A stretch of DNA of 62,886 bases, filler included, from Bonamia ostreae (taxonomy: Eukaryota): assembly GCA_040357525.1 (NCBI GenBank). It is 52 parts of 52 records of this genome, joined end to end, with 100 filler letters (N's around TTAATTAATTAA, not from the genome) between each part and the next. Parts side by side here need not be neighbours in the genome. Positions count along the whole stretch, not along the records: positions 52,141 to 53,246 come from JBDODL010002689.1; positions 53,347 to 54,452 come from JBDODL010002690.1; positions 54,553 to 55,658 come from JBDODL010002691.1; positions 55,759 to 56,864 come from JBDODL010002692.1; positions 56,965 to 58,069 come from JBDODL010002693.1; positions 58,170 to 59,274 come from JBDODL010002694.1; positions 59,375 to 60,478 come from JBDODL010002695.1; positions 60,579 to 61,682 come from JBDODL010002696.1; 44 more parts are not named here. One strand, 5' to 3'. The notes under the pieces were generated by a model, which saw nothing but the letters and a program-made list of their open reading frames with translations, searched no databases and was not told the DNA's origin. Shown here piece after piece: positions 52,562 to 62,886 of this stretch. The translations under genes were made by a program, and so were the position numbers. The stretch's first letter is position 1. Every line of letters begins with the position of its first letter.

Positions 52562-53165
52562 ATGGCCAATACCGAACCAGATTTTGGTAAATTTTTGTGA
52601 CCATTTAGAATCAAAAGATTTCTATAAAATCCTCGGCGTCGAAAGAAATGCCACAAACAAGGAAATCAAAAAAGCGTATCGATATCTCGCCTTAAAATGG
52701 CATCCAGACAAAAATCCCAAAAATCGCCGAATGGCGGAACTAAATTTCAGAAAAATCAGTGAAGCCTTCCAAGTCCTTGGAGACCACAAGAAAAAACGTC
52801 AATACGATCGAGGCGGTTTGGAGAACATAAATTTCGGAAACCATTTCCATTCCGCGGATGATATTTTCAGGAAGTTTTTTGGTACAGACAATCCTTTTTC
52901 GAGTATGTTCGAAGATTTGGGTTTCGGGTCTGGCTTCGAAATGGGCGGTTTTGGTTCCGAGTTTAGTTCCGAGGACGATTTGAAATCAGGAAAGAGTTTT
53001 TATTCTTCTTCAACTACGCGCAAGATAATAAATGGGGAAGAGACTGTGGAAAAGACGATCAACAAGAATGGGAAATTGACTAAAGAAGTTTATGTGAATG
53101 GACAATTGACTAGAAAAATGATCGACGGTGTAGAACAGAATCTGCTCGAAATAAAAGGCGATTAA
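52562..53165 (+). CDS. DnaJ/Hsp40 class B (DNAJB6-like); 22-nt intron 52587-52608
   Basis: J-domain with WHPDKNP, a G/F-rich region and an SSSTTRKIING C-terminal domain. The true ATG is at 52562 after splicing. Confidence 0.92.
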
Positions 53166-56100
53166 ATGTAAATTGAGACTTTATAATTTGCCAAAATTTT
53201 ATGTTTCTTTCGTCACAAAAAATGGACTGTTTTATTTTTTGAAGTCNNNNNNNNNNNNNNNNNNNNNNNNNNNNNNNNNNNNNNNNNNNNTTAATTAATT
53301 AANNNNNNNNNNNNNNNNNNNNNNNNNNNNNNNNNNNNNNNNNNNNACTGAGATATATCGTAAATAAAATGGACATAGTGCGTTTGTGTACCATATATTT
53401 GGCATATACATTTAGTTACATATATCTAGGTTACAAATCACCAATATGTAATTTCTGATATACAATATAAATAAGTCACAGTTGTTTCAACCATGTGTAC
53501 AGTATTACTGAGAAAAGTATACTGTACATATACATGGTGTTTTTGGTTATCGAATGTGTGAGAAACATTGCATTTTTTCGAATTGTGACACATTTTGGTA
53601 CTTTTAATCATTGGACATTGAACGTTTGTCTTCTTGTAAAGCATTTCATTGGTCTTATCCATAATACCTTTAGATAAAAATTATCGACCTCTATTTGTAA
53701 TCTTCAATACATATTTGCATTGTCAGAATTGTTCCCTTGCAATTTGTATAGTGGTAATCACAAGTGTTAAAACATTCCTATATTTAATGGTGATGAGTAT
53801 AAACGGAAAGAAAAACTAAAGAAACATGCGTACATACCTTTGGCATTCGAACCTGGAAATGAAAATAAAACCACATTTAACGATCTATAAGCATTAGTTG
53901 CGATATGATTACTGACTTCACATGTTCCACTAAGGTGTATGAAAACCAATATTATTAGGAAGTTGTTATTGATAATCGTAAAGGTGAACTATCGGTGTCC
54001 AGTCTCAAATCTGATCAACAATTATATAAAATTGTTTGTGATTTTTACCTTTTCATGTATTTGTTAAAGACTTTATTCCAATTCCCAGCACTTTTAGTGA
54101 TTTATGCATGCTAATTTTTGGACAGTATACACACGACTCTCAATGCTAGAATTTGATTTTCCAACATAAGATCGACGCAAGATAAATCAAAATTAAATTA
54201 AGTCCTAGAATTATCAATATAAGTCCTAGACATATGTGCTCATCTCTCTCTTTATCTCTCTCCATATACGTGGCATTGCGGATCAGTTCTTTGGACGAAT
54301 ACTACATTTCGTAATTTTCTCCACATTTAACATTGATTGCCAAACCTAAAACCAAAAAGCTGTACTCAACAATGTAACTATAATTGTAGATTTTAGTATA
54401 TTTTTCGGGGTAGGTGTATTTCTTGCTGTTTTGTTATCCTATTTAACTATTANNNNNNNNNNNNNNNNNNNNNNNNNNNNNNNNNNNNNNNNNNNNTTAA
54501 TTAATTAANNNNNNNNNNNNNNNNNNNNNNNNNNNNNNNNNNNNNNNNNNNNTGAGTGGTGTCATCTACTTACCTGGGTGAAAATAGTCAATGTATAACA
54601 CAGAGGATTTGTTGTATTTTAGGCTTAGTCAATCGTTTTGGGGACATGGACTTTTTCTTTCATATACAGAATGAGCAATGTTATGACATGTCTATCATGA
54701 CGACAATCTGTGCATCTTAACGCCGTGTCTATTATGGGGAATGTTTGAACAGTTTTGCCATGTCTGATTATGAATGCTATGCCATTTCTAACTAAGATGA
54801 ATTCAGATTATCATGGCGAAAGCAATATAGCATATATTTATGATTAAAATCTTGAATTTAACTTGTTTCTTCTGACATTATTATTCATGTATGCTCAACA
54901 CAATTCTTAGAAGATGGTGATACGCATCAAATGTACTGTAGTGTAAAATTTGTTGAGGAAATATTAATTTTTAGTTTTATCAGTCTGCTTCATAGTGCAC
55001 TGTACATGTCTACTTTATTGACAATTTTCCTTTCTGTAGTGCTGTTGCCAAGATCATGGGGCTAAAGAGAATGAAGCAGCCTGATATAGATATGACTGAC
55101 ACTCCAAAACAAAAACGGACCAAAGGGAAAATCCAGTGATTGACTATGACCTATTTACAGATGTCATTCTCAGAATTATCAGTTACTGCTCTATCTCCTT
55201 TCGGTTTGTTGTAGGACACATACACTCTTGCTACAAACACCCGAAGAGACGATGACTTCACCACCAGTCCAGCTGCCCTTTGTCACAATGACTCCGGCTG
55301 TGACACCAATCAATCTGATTTCGCACATTTTTCGATCAGTTGTTTTAGGAGGGTCGAGGGCAAAGCTATATGAATCTAATTTGCCAATATCCATCAATAA
55401 TGGCATTCCTTTAGGTGCTAATATATCCCTTAGAATTAAGCAAAAATGGTCAGATCTGTTTATTAATTTTAAGTGTCCTTACCTAATCTCAAAGAACAAA
55501 CTGTATTCATCCAAATTGACCAACATCTATACAACTATAGAATAGTTATTGACTCGATTTTTATCCCTTAATACTGGCTAATCGCGAGATAACTGTCGTT
55601 TGCTTTTAACATCATAAAGATTGTACAGTTTATCTTACTACAGTGTTCATATTTGACCNNNNNNNNNNNNNNNNNNNNNNNNNNNNNNNNNNNNNNNNNN
55701 NNTTAATTAATTAANNNNNNNNNNNNNNNNNNNNNNNNNNNNNNNNNNNNNNNNNNNNATTTTGAAAAATACGGCGTTTTAATAGTCAAGTTAGCAAGAG
55801 ATTTTAGCAGTTCGCCAAAGTAAAATTTTGATTAATTAAATTTAGTTCGGGATCTGATTACATTTTTAATTCAATCGGATACACTTGCGTTTTTATCTTG
55901 TCTCTTTATATAATAATCAATTTGGGGTTGAGCGGTCGATTTAAAATCGGAAGTAATTTAGTTTTTTGACTAAATTATAAAGTGGAATTTGATCAATATT
56001 TTCGGATTTGGTTTCTTCTTCTCAATCGGAACTTTCTACATTTTTGTCAGCAAAGCAAACTTCTTCATTTCTTTCGGATGTCAATTTTATCTCATTATCG

Positions 56101-56964
56101 TCTTCATGAAGCTTTTTAGTCTACAATTTTATATGTTTTTTAAACTTACTCCAGATCAAATTTGCAAAATTTATTTTTTAAGAAAAATTAAAAATTAATA
56201 AATGAAAAATTAATTAAAGCTACAAATCTAGAAAAAAGGCAAAACGGAAAAATTTGACTTTTAAATGTAAATTTTTAAAATATAGATTATCTCTATTTTT
56301 TGATTGTCCCAACAATAATATTCCAAGAAAATTATCCTCGAACAAAATCAATTCGAATTTAGTAATTAAATTTAAATTTAGCTATTGCCTCAAAAAAGTC
56401 TTTGAAGTCTGCTTTTGCACTATAATCGTAATTTTTATAATGACGCAAGTTTTTTGTTTAAATTTAATCTTTTTTATAATTTTTTGTAAAATTTTGCAAA
56501 GAGATTTTATAAAATCTCTTTTGTTGTTTTTGTAATTTTTGTTTTGAAAAATCTTAGCAATAAATTTTTTAGCAATAAATTTATACAATTTTTTTGTTTT
56601 TACAAAGTACGTCATGCCGTACATTTTCTTACACAACGAATCTGAAAACGCTTTAAATTTAGTCACAAGTGGATTATTCCGAATAATAAAATTTTCATTT
56701 CCAGTCGTATGCGCATGGTTAATGTTTTACTATCAACAATTTTAGAGCTTTCTACGGATTTTTCCATTCATATCTTAATCTTCTTGCAGAATTGACTTAT
56801 TTTGGCGATCGCCTTTTTTACAAGTTTTTTTTTAATAAAAATTTCAGAGATTGGTGGAACTGTGNNNNNNNNNNNNNNNNNNNNNNNNNNNNNNNNNNNN
56901 NNNNNNNNTTAATTAATTAANNNNNNNNNNNNNNNNNNNNNNNNNNNNNNNNNNNNNNNNNNNN

Positions 56965-58069
56965 CCCAATTAGTTTGTGTAGATCGTTTACATCATTTCC
57001 ATTATTTATTTTTTGCCAAAACTCGTGTTTTCTTTGTTTAATTGTATTTTTTATTTTTTTCCGTAGTATGGCCAATTTTTTATGACCTTCAATCATCCAG
57101 ATTTTGTCGTTCCGCAGAATTTTACACCTGAGTGAATTCCGCTCTTTAGTCAAATTCGAGAGTTCTTTTGACCACCATGGGCAGCCATTATATTTTCGTT
57201 GATGGGTTATGATTCTCTTTTTACAAGATAGTCCCATGCAGAGTAGAATAATTTTCTTAGTATCTTTCCAGATATCTTTTTTATTGGCAATATTGTTGAC
57301 ATCTAGTAAGTATTTATTCAATAATTTTTGATATAGTTGTATATTCAGCGTATTTTTGTTGTATCTGATTATTGGTTTTTCTAGTTTTCTTTTTTTCCAA
57401 AATTGTTGATAAACATCGATCAATATAATTTTGTGGTCGGATTCTATAATTGGTTCCTCAGCGTAGTTATTTTCGTATTTCAGATTTTCGTTAATAATAA
57501 AAAAGTCGACTAATCTTTTCGTTCCTTTCGTATTAACGAGTGTTGTTTTCTTCGTAAGCAATATTTTGCACTTGTTATTTTTCGATATATTTTGAATGGC
57601 ATTCTTTAATTTTTCATTTTTCTTTCTTTTGTCATATGCAAAGTTTATGTTAAAGTCTCCTCCAATAATGTCAAACTTGTATTTGATCGTAAATATTTCG
57701 TAAATCCTTTCAATAATTTCAATATTTAGGTTCGGAGGAATGTAAATGTTTCCGATGTAGAAATTATGCTTTTGAATTTTGAGTTTTATCCCCATGAATT
57801 CGATTCCACTCGATTCAAGAATATTAATATTCAGTGTTTCACATTCTATTTCTTTTCTCACATATATTGCTAGACCACCACCTTGTTTATTTTTCCGATT
57901 TTGTGTGTAGCAGTTAAAGTTTTTTTGTTTCAAAATTTGGTTTTTCTTCAACCAAGTTTCTTGAATGAGGAAGACGTCCAAGTTTTTCTCATTAAGTTGT
58001 ATTGTTAATTCGTCATATTTTTGTTTGATGGATCTCACATTTTGAGACGCAATTCTTAAAAAGAAGAAC
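56965..58069 (-). mobile_element. Non-LTR retrotransposon ORF2, APE endonuclease domain and linker
   Basis: Uninterrupted frame with SQNVRSI, DVFLIQETWL, GGGLAIYV, NIYIPP, GGDFN, SDHK and PWWSKEL. Confidence 0.9.
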
Positions 58070-58242
58070 NNNNNNNNNNNNNNNNNNNNNNNNNNNNNNN
58101 NNNNNNNNNNNNNTTAATTAATTAANNNNNNNNNNNNNNNNNNNNNNNNNNNNNNNNNNNNNNNNNNNNAATAAACGCAATTAATATTTAAAACGAGAAA
58201 AATTATAAAATGTAAAGAATCCTAAAAATGACATAAATAAAG

Positions 58243-58806
58243 CTTTGTGACTGTCCAGGCTTAGTCTTCCCTAGTTTGTCTAATTCAAGAGCCGAACTGA
58301 TTTGCAGCGGGATCATTTCAGTCGAGCACAGCAAAAATCTCTTCGAATCTGTTGAACTAATAACGAGGCGAGTGCCAACGCACTATTTTTTGAAAGTGTA
58401 CAAAGGACTAACTCTTCCCGTTAACGAAGAATTTGTGTCTTGTCAACGCGTCCTGTCGACGTTATCAACGCAGAAAGGATGGCTTACCGCTTGCAGTCAG
58501 CCGAACTTGAGCAAATCGGCACGCCAAATTATTAAAGACTACCTCTCTGGCGACTTGCTGTTCTGTTTTGCGCCGCCGGATTTGGGTGAAGAAGAACTGC
58601 AAGATTTCTACAAAATTGAGAAAAAGGGGCTCAAAGAGGAATTAGGAATGCGAAAAGAGACGCCTTTGTTGCTTGAAAAGGAAAAGGTCTTTGATGAGCG
58701 TTTAGGAGGTTCGAAGAAAAAGCACTTCCGCCGAACAAGGGAGTTCAGACGAAAAGAACGGAAAGAAATGAATTCACAGAAGCGGAGTGTTAAGATTTTG
58801 ACTTGA
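58243..58806 (+). CDS. LSG1: Large-subunit GTPase Lsg1, last exon
   Basis: LCDCPGLVFPS...AELICSGI and SARQIIKDYLSGDLLFCFAPP. Confidence 0.88.
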   Translation, partial: LCDCPGLVFPSLSNSRAELICSGIISVEHSKNLFESVELITRRVPTHYFLKVYKGLTLPVNEEFVSCQRVLSTLSTQKGWLTACSQPNLSKSARQIIKDYLSGDLLFCFAPPDLGEEELQDFYKIEKKGLKEELGMRKETPLLLEKEKVFDERLGGSKKKHFRRTREFRRKERKEMNSQKRSVKILT

Positions 58807-58840
58807 TTAAACCCATTTTTATTTTTGCTAAAAATTTGGA

Positions 58841-58911
58841 GATGGCGGCGCAATGGTTGCGCCGAAGCTGTCCTTTAATCTATGTACTGGGCTCGAATCC
58901 CAAAGCTGTCA
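58841..58911 (+). ncRNA. tRNA-like 71-nt element (no convincing anticodon arm)
   Basis: A-box-like GGCGCAATGG hairpin, B-box-like GGGCTCGAATCCC hairpin and GATGGC/GCTGTC end pairing. Confidence 0.3.
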
Positions 58912-58991
58912 TATTCCAATACCTGAAGGCTTTGGTCTAAATTCCAGAATTGTTAAATTATAAGCTCAAATTCTAAATTCAAACGATATTA

Positions 58992-59170
58992 ATGCAATTG
59001 AGCGGATCAGATCTTAGCAAAAAGAGAAGAGCTGTTCTCTACGAAAACTCGAACGTAGAATGGTTTGAAAAGGAAAACCGTTTGGAATATTAAAAATTAG
59101 CTTTTATCGAAAAACCTGTTCCCCTCGACGCCTACGAACGCATTGGACAAATCGGCATCGGCACTTATGG
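58992..59170 (+). CDS. Cyclin-dependent kinase (CDK9/12-like) N-terminus; 21-nt intron 59080-59100
   Basis: Spliced product ends LDAYERIGQIGIGTYG (Gly-rich loop). Confidence 0.7.
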
Positions 59171-59274
59171 GTGATTAAAACAGACAATATTTTGTTGATC
59201 AAAAAAGACAATATTTTATTGATTAAAACAGACAATATTTTGTTGATCAAAAAAGACAATATTTTATTGATTAA
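59171..59274. repeat. 48-nt (2 x 24) tandem repeat starting at the intron donor
   Basis: tgattaaaacagacaatattttgttgatcaaaaaagacaatattttat x2+. Confidence 0.88.
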
Positions 59275-62199
59275 NNNNNNNNNNNNNNNNNNNNNNNNNN
59301 NNNNNNNNNNNNNNNNNNTTAATTAATTAANNNNNNNNNNNNNNNNNNNNNNNNNNNNNNNNNNNNNNNNNNNNACCTATTTCCCTTAGCAACTTACATC
59401 AATTGATTTTTTTTAAACCTTTCCAATGCATGCCAATATCTTGCATACGCGTGTAGTTGATATCCTCGCCCGAAAACATCAACTTATCTGGAAGTAGCTT
59501 TGTTGGATTTAAAATTTCAGCATAAAATTGATATTATGCATCCTTTTAAAGAGCAATTCGTCGGATTCAAGTTTCTTTGATTTTCGTGTAATTGATACAA
59601 ACTGATTTACTCTTCCGAAGATTTCTTCTTATACTATTAACGGAATGCAGTAAACCTGCTTAATTATGCGCAGGCGTTTTCGTTTTGGTAATTTTTTCAG
59701 GTCTACTGCATTCCCTTAAATATTCTTTTAAGAGATAAACTCATCGTACAAGGTCTTTTAACAATGATATTAATTTGCAAGATTTAAATGTGAAAAGGTT
59801 TCATGTATAGCGTTTTGATTCAATCTCACCACCAAAATATATCAATGTAAAATAGTCATATTAATAGTAAATCGAGGGACAAAATACAGCACTGTACCAT
59901 ATGATAGTGCAGTCTTCATCATGCATTAGATAATTGTCCAAAACTTTTATTATCTAACTACATTTAATCAAACAGTTAGGTAAAAAGAAAAACAAGCATT
60001 CATTTTTATTTTTTGGGGTAAAAGACAGCTGATTCAATGAGTACTGTAGTTTTATTATAAGAACGACAAGTTTTAAGATTTTGGTACCAATTAATGATTC
60101 AAAACTCACAACAATAAGATAAAAAGTTTGAAAATGCAACTGATATCAGTGTACTTGTATGTATACCCCTTTATTTTCCATTGATTTTGATGCATGTGAA
60201 TATTCACAATCTTGTTTTGTTTTGTTTTCTGAAGAACCAATGTAATCTCCAGTACCTTCAGCTACTTCCTGTATATCCTTTCCATCATCTACAGAATGGT
60301 ATTTGATTTCTGTTGTTTTTGTGTACGTTCCTGTTCCTCTCGTCTTCCCGAAGGTAATAAAACATTTTTTATATTAATATATTCATTGAATGAATGGGCC
60401 TAATAATATTTATGCTTCTTAATTAATTAAATCCCTCAAACAGTAAATATTTTTCATTTACAAGATATCACCCGGACANNNNNNNNNNNNNNNNNNNNNN
60501 NNNNNNNNNNNNNNNNNNNNNNTTAATTAATTAANNNNNNNNNNNNNNNNNNNNNNNNNNNNNNNNNNNNNNNNNNNNTCTACGTGCAATGATGGAGTTT
60601 TCCGTCTTTTTGTTTTCGTCGAATACCTAATTCTAACGAACAAATATTAAATTCATTCCTTAACACTTGTTATAAGAATGAAGAAATGTAACTTCAGGAA
60701 CGTAATGTCTTTGTTCAGATTTCGAAAAATAAATAATAACCTCACGTGCTACATGTCATATATTCCGGCGATAATCCACATCACAATATTGTTGCAAAGT
60801 CACAATTGTTACTAAACGTAGCGATAAAGCTGCATATCAGTTGGGCAAAATAATCACATAATAAACAAAAAGGTCCATAGGCCATACCGCCACCATTGTT
60901 GCCCCAGGACGTGGTACAAACAAACTAAAATATTAACTACAAAAAAGTACTAACATAGCAATATACTTCAGAGGTGGTTTCTAAAAATACAAATAACACA
61001 CTTAACAATACATGCAGTTACTTTAAAGTGCATTTTAATGTCCCACGGACCGGTTTTTGCAACAGGCAGTGACACGATGAAAAACCCTTAGTGCCTCAGT
61101 GCAACGGACTTGAGAGCAATGCCTTTTAAAGATTCGACACTTCGCATACAACTCATAACGTATCATTATGAATGCAAAATTCTTGAAGGATGCCGGTAAA
61201 GCATTTAACAAAATTGTAATGCACATACAAACAAAATCCCATTCGAAAAGGATTACTGCGGGTTGTGAATTCATACAAGATGTGTTCGATTTTGAAATTT
61301 GGTTCACTCTTCAATGTTACAAGGTCAATTATCATGGTACTAAATGAAAGGTCTTGAAATAAGGAATCTATTTTTAAAGTATGCAAGCATTATCTTCTAT
61401 AGGTCAGGAGATATGGACAAAAGTTAAAAGTAGGTCAAGGTAAAGAAACTTTGAGATTTTGTCACAACAAATGCACATATACTTTATGATTAAGAGCCAC
61501 TTTTAAAGTTGTGATCAAGGTTAAAGTTTTCGACTGACAAACAATACAAAACAAGGTGGCCTTCGATCTTAGATACCGGATATAAGGAATTAACGAAGAA
61601 AACAGCAATGCAACTAACGGTAGTTACTAACTTAAGCCGAGAAACTTGTTTGTACGGGACCCCTGGCCCCGCCAACAGAAAANNNNNNNNNNNNNNNNNN
61701 NNNNNNNNNNNNNNNNNNNNNNNNNNTTAATTAATTAANNNNNNNNNNNNNNNNNNNNNNNNNNNNNNNNNNNNNNNNNNNNAAAACACTGTTTCTTATG
61801 CATATAAAATTATTTGCTGTGTATGGAATTGTTATGTATTCGTTTTGAAAGATAACGGTTTGTTTTGCAATTGTCTGTTCGTCAAGTACCATGTCGTGTT
61901 TTTTGCTTTCATGTATATTTGTTTTGCTAGAAAAGTCCTGGGAACAGGTTCCTCAAACTTAAAATGCCCTCTCCTAATTGATTTTCAACCAGATATTGGA
62001 ATTTAATTTCCATAACGGCATACAATGTAATGCCCTGAATCGGGATAACGCCTTGCCGTGACAAGTTTTTCAGTGTCGCTTTTACCAATTTCATTCTACA
62101 TAATGCTAATACCATACATAGCAAATGAATTTTTTTTAAAAACCACACTACAAAGCCAAACAACAAATTCCAATCCCCAGGTCTTAGATATTTTTCAAC

Positions 62200-62886
62200 C
62201 CGATATCTACATTTTCAAATCCTACGTGTCATTCATTACGAATAACAATTGGAGGAGTGGATGTCCAAGAAGAGATATGGTACCATTACTATTTTCTCAG
62301 AGTGGCGGACTACTACTACCAACTTAAGTCCCCGGGGTAGGGATCTTCGATCTTTTCCAACTTGATTTCTACTTACGAAGTGGTGTAATGCATTATGAAT
62401 AAATATTGGAGAGGTGGATCTTTAAAAGAAGAAAAGTCTTTACACAATGATGCAAGTGGACCACTATTTAGAACCCCGCCCTCAAAATTTCAATAAACTG
62501 TGACATCGATGTTTTCTTTCCGATGTTTATTCACTAGGTGAAATGCATTATAATCAGAAATCGGAGGAGCGGATAGCCAAATGTAAAGATGTTACCATCA
62601 CCCCTAGTATTTTTCAGTCCCAGGCATAAGGGTCTACCATGTATGCGAGCCCGATCTTTATTCACAAAGTGTCATATATCATGATCAAAAGTGGAGGCAC
62701 AGACCTCCAAAATAAGAGATGGTACCAGCACTAGTTTTTTTAAAAAAGGTTTTGGTAGTGGACAAGTAGAACCCTATCCTCCAAATTGCAGTTCCTAGGG
62801 TGAGGGTTTTCGATGTTTCCGAACCTGATGATAGTTCACCAAATGTGATATACAAGTATTGTGAACGATGTTTATTCACTAGGTGC
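62200..62886 (-). repeat. Same ~165-bp satellite family as 24319-25431, opposite strand
   Basis: cgatgtttattcactaggtg (reverse complement of the gtgaataaacatcg motif) at ~62521 and ~62867. Confidence 0.75.

Noticed and set aside
55990-56800. In-frame TGA in coding-looking minus-strand frames (SSD*EEE, KI*MEK) suggesting TGA=Trp
   Set aside because: Conserved Trp codons in importin, AMPD and DnaJ are TGG, no conserved gene has an internal TGA, and TGA ends Tim10, LSG1 and the CCT gene. The contig is probably decayed or mis-framed.

Overview
This is not a contiguous locus. It is 52 unplaced ~1.1 kb contigs, sorted by decreasing length (1119 to 1104 nt) and joined by an artificial 100-nt spacer (44 N + TTAATTAATTAA + 44 N). 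Two eukaryotic genomes appear mixed. (1) An AT-rich, gene-dense protist using the standard code. Its genes (AMP deaminase, RFC, Pif1, importin-5, Tel2, Scc2, condensin D2, TFIIH p44, Lsg1, DHHCs, DnaJ, calmodulin-like, Tim10, Mgr2/Romo1, COQ8, a CCT-domain protein and others) are split by very short GT-AG introns (down to 18-23 nt) with an unusual GTTT donor and frequent AAG acceptor. Other introns are inflated by locus-specific minisatellites. (2) A gene-poor animal, probably a bivalve or oyster (Helentron-associated HINE/pearl-like repeats, SINE, ~165-bp satellite, RNF213, C-type lectin and tyrosine-kinase exons with ordinary GTR donors). The most likely reading, by inference only, is an ascetosporean (Bonamia/Haplosporidium-like) parasite assembly with host contamination. 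All product calls come from manual translation and motif recall, not database searches.
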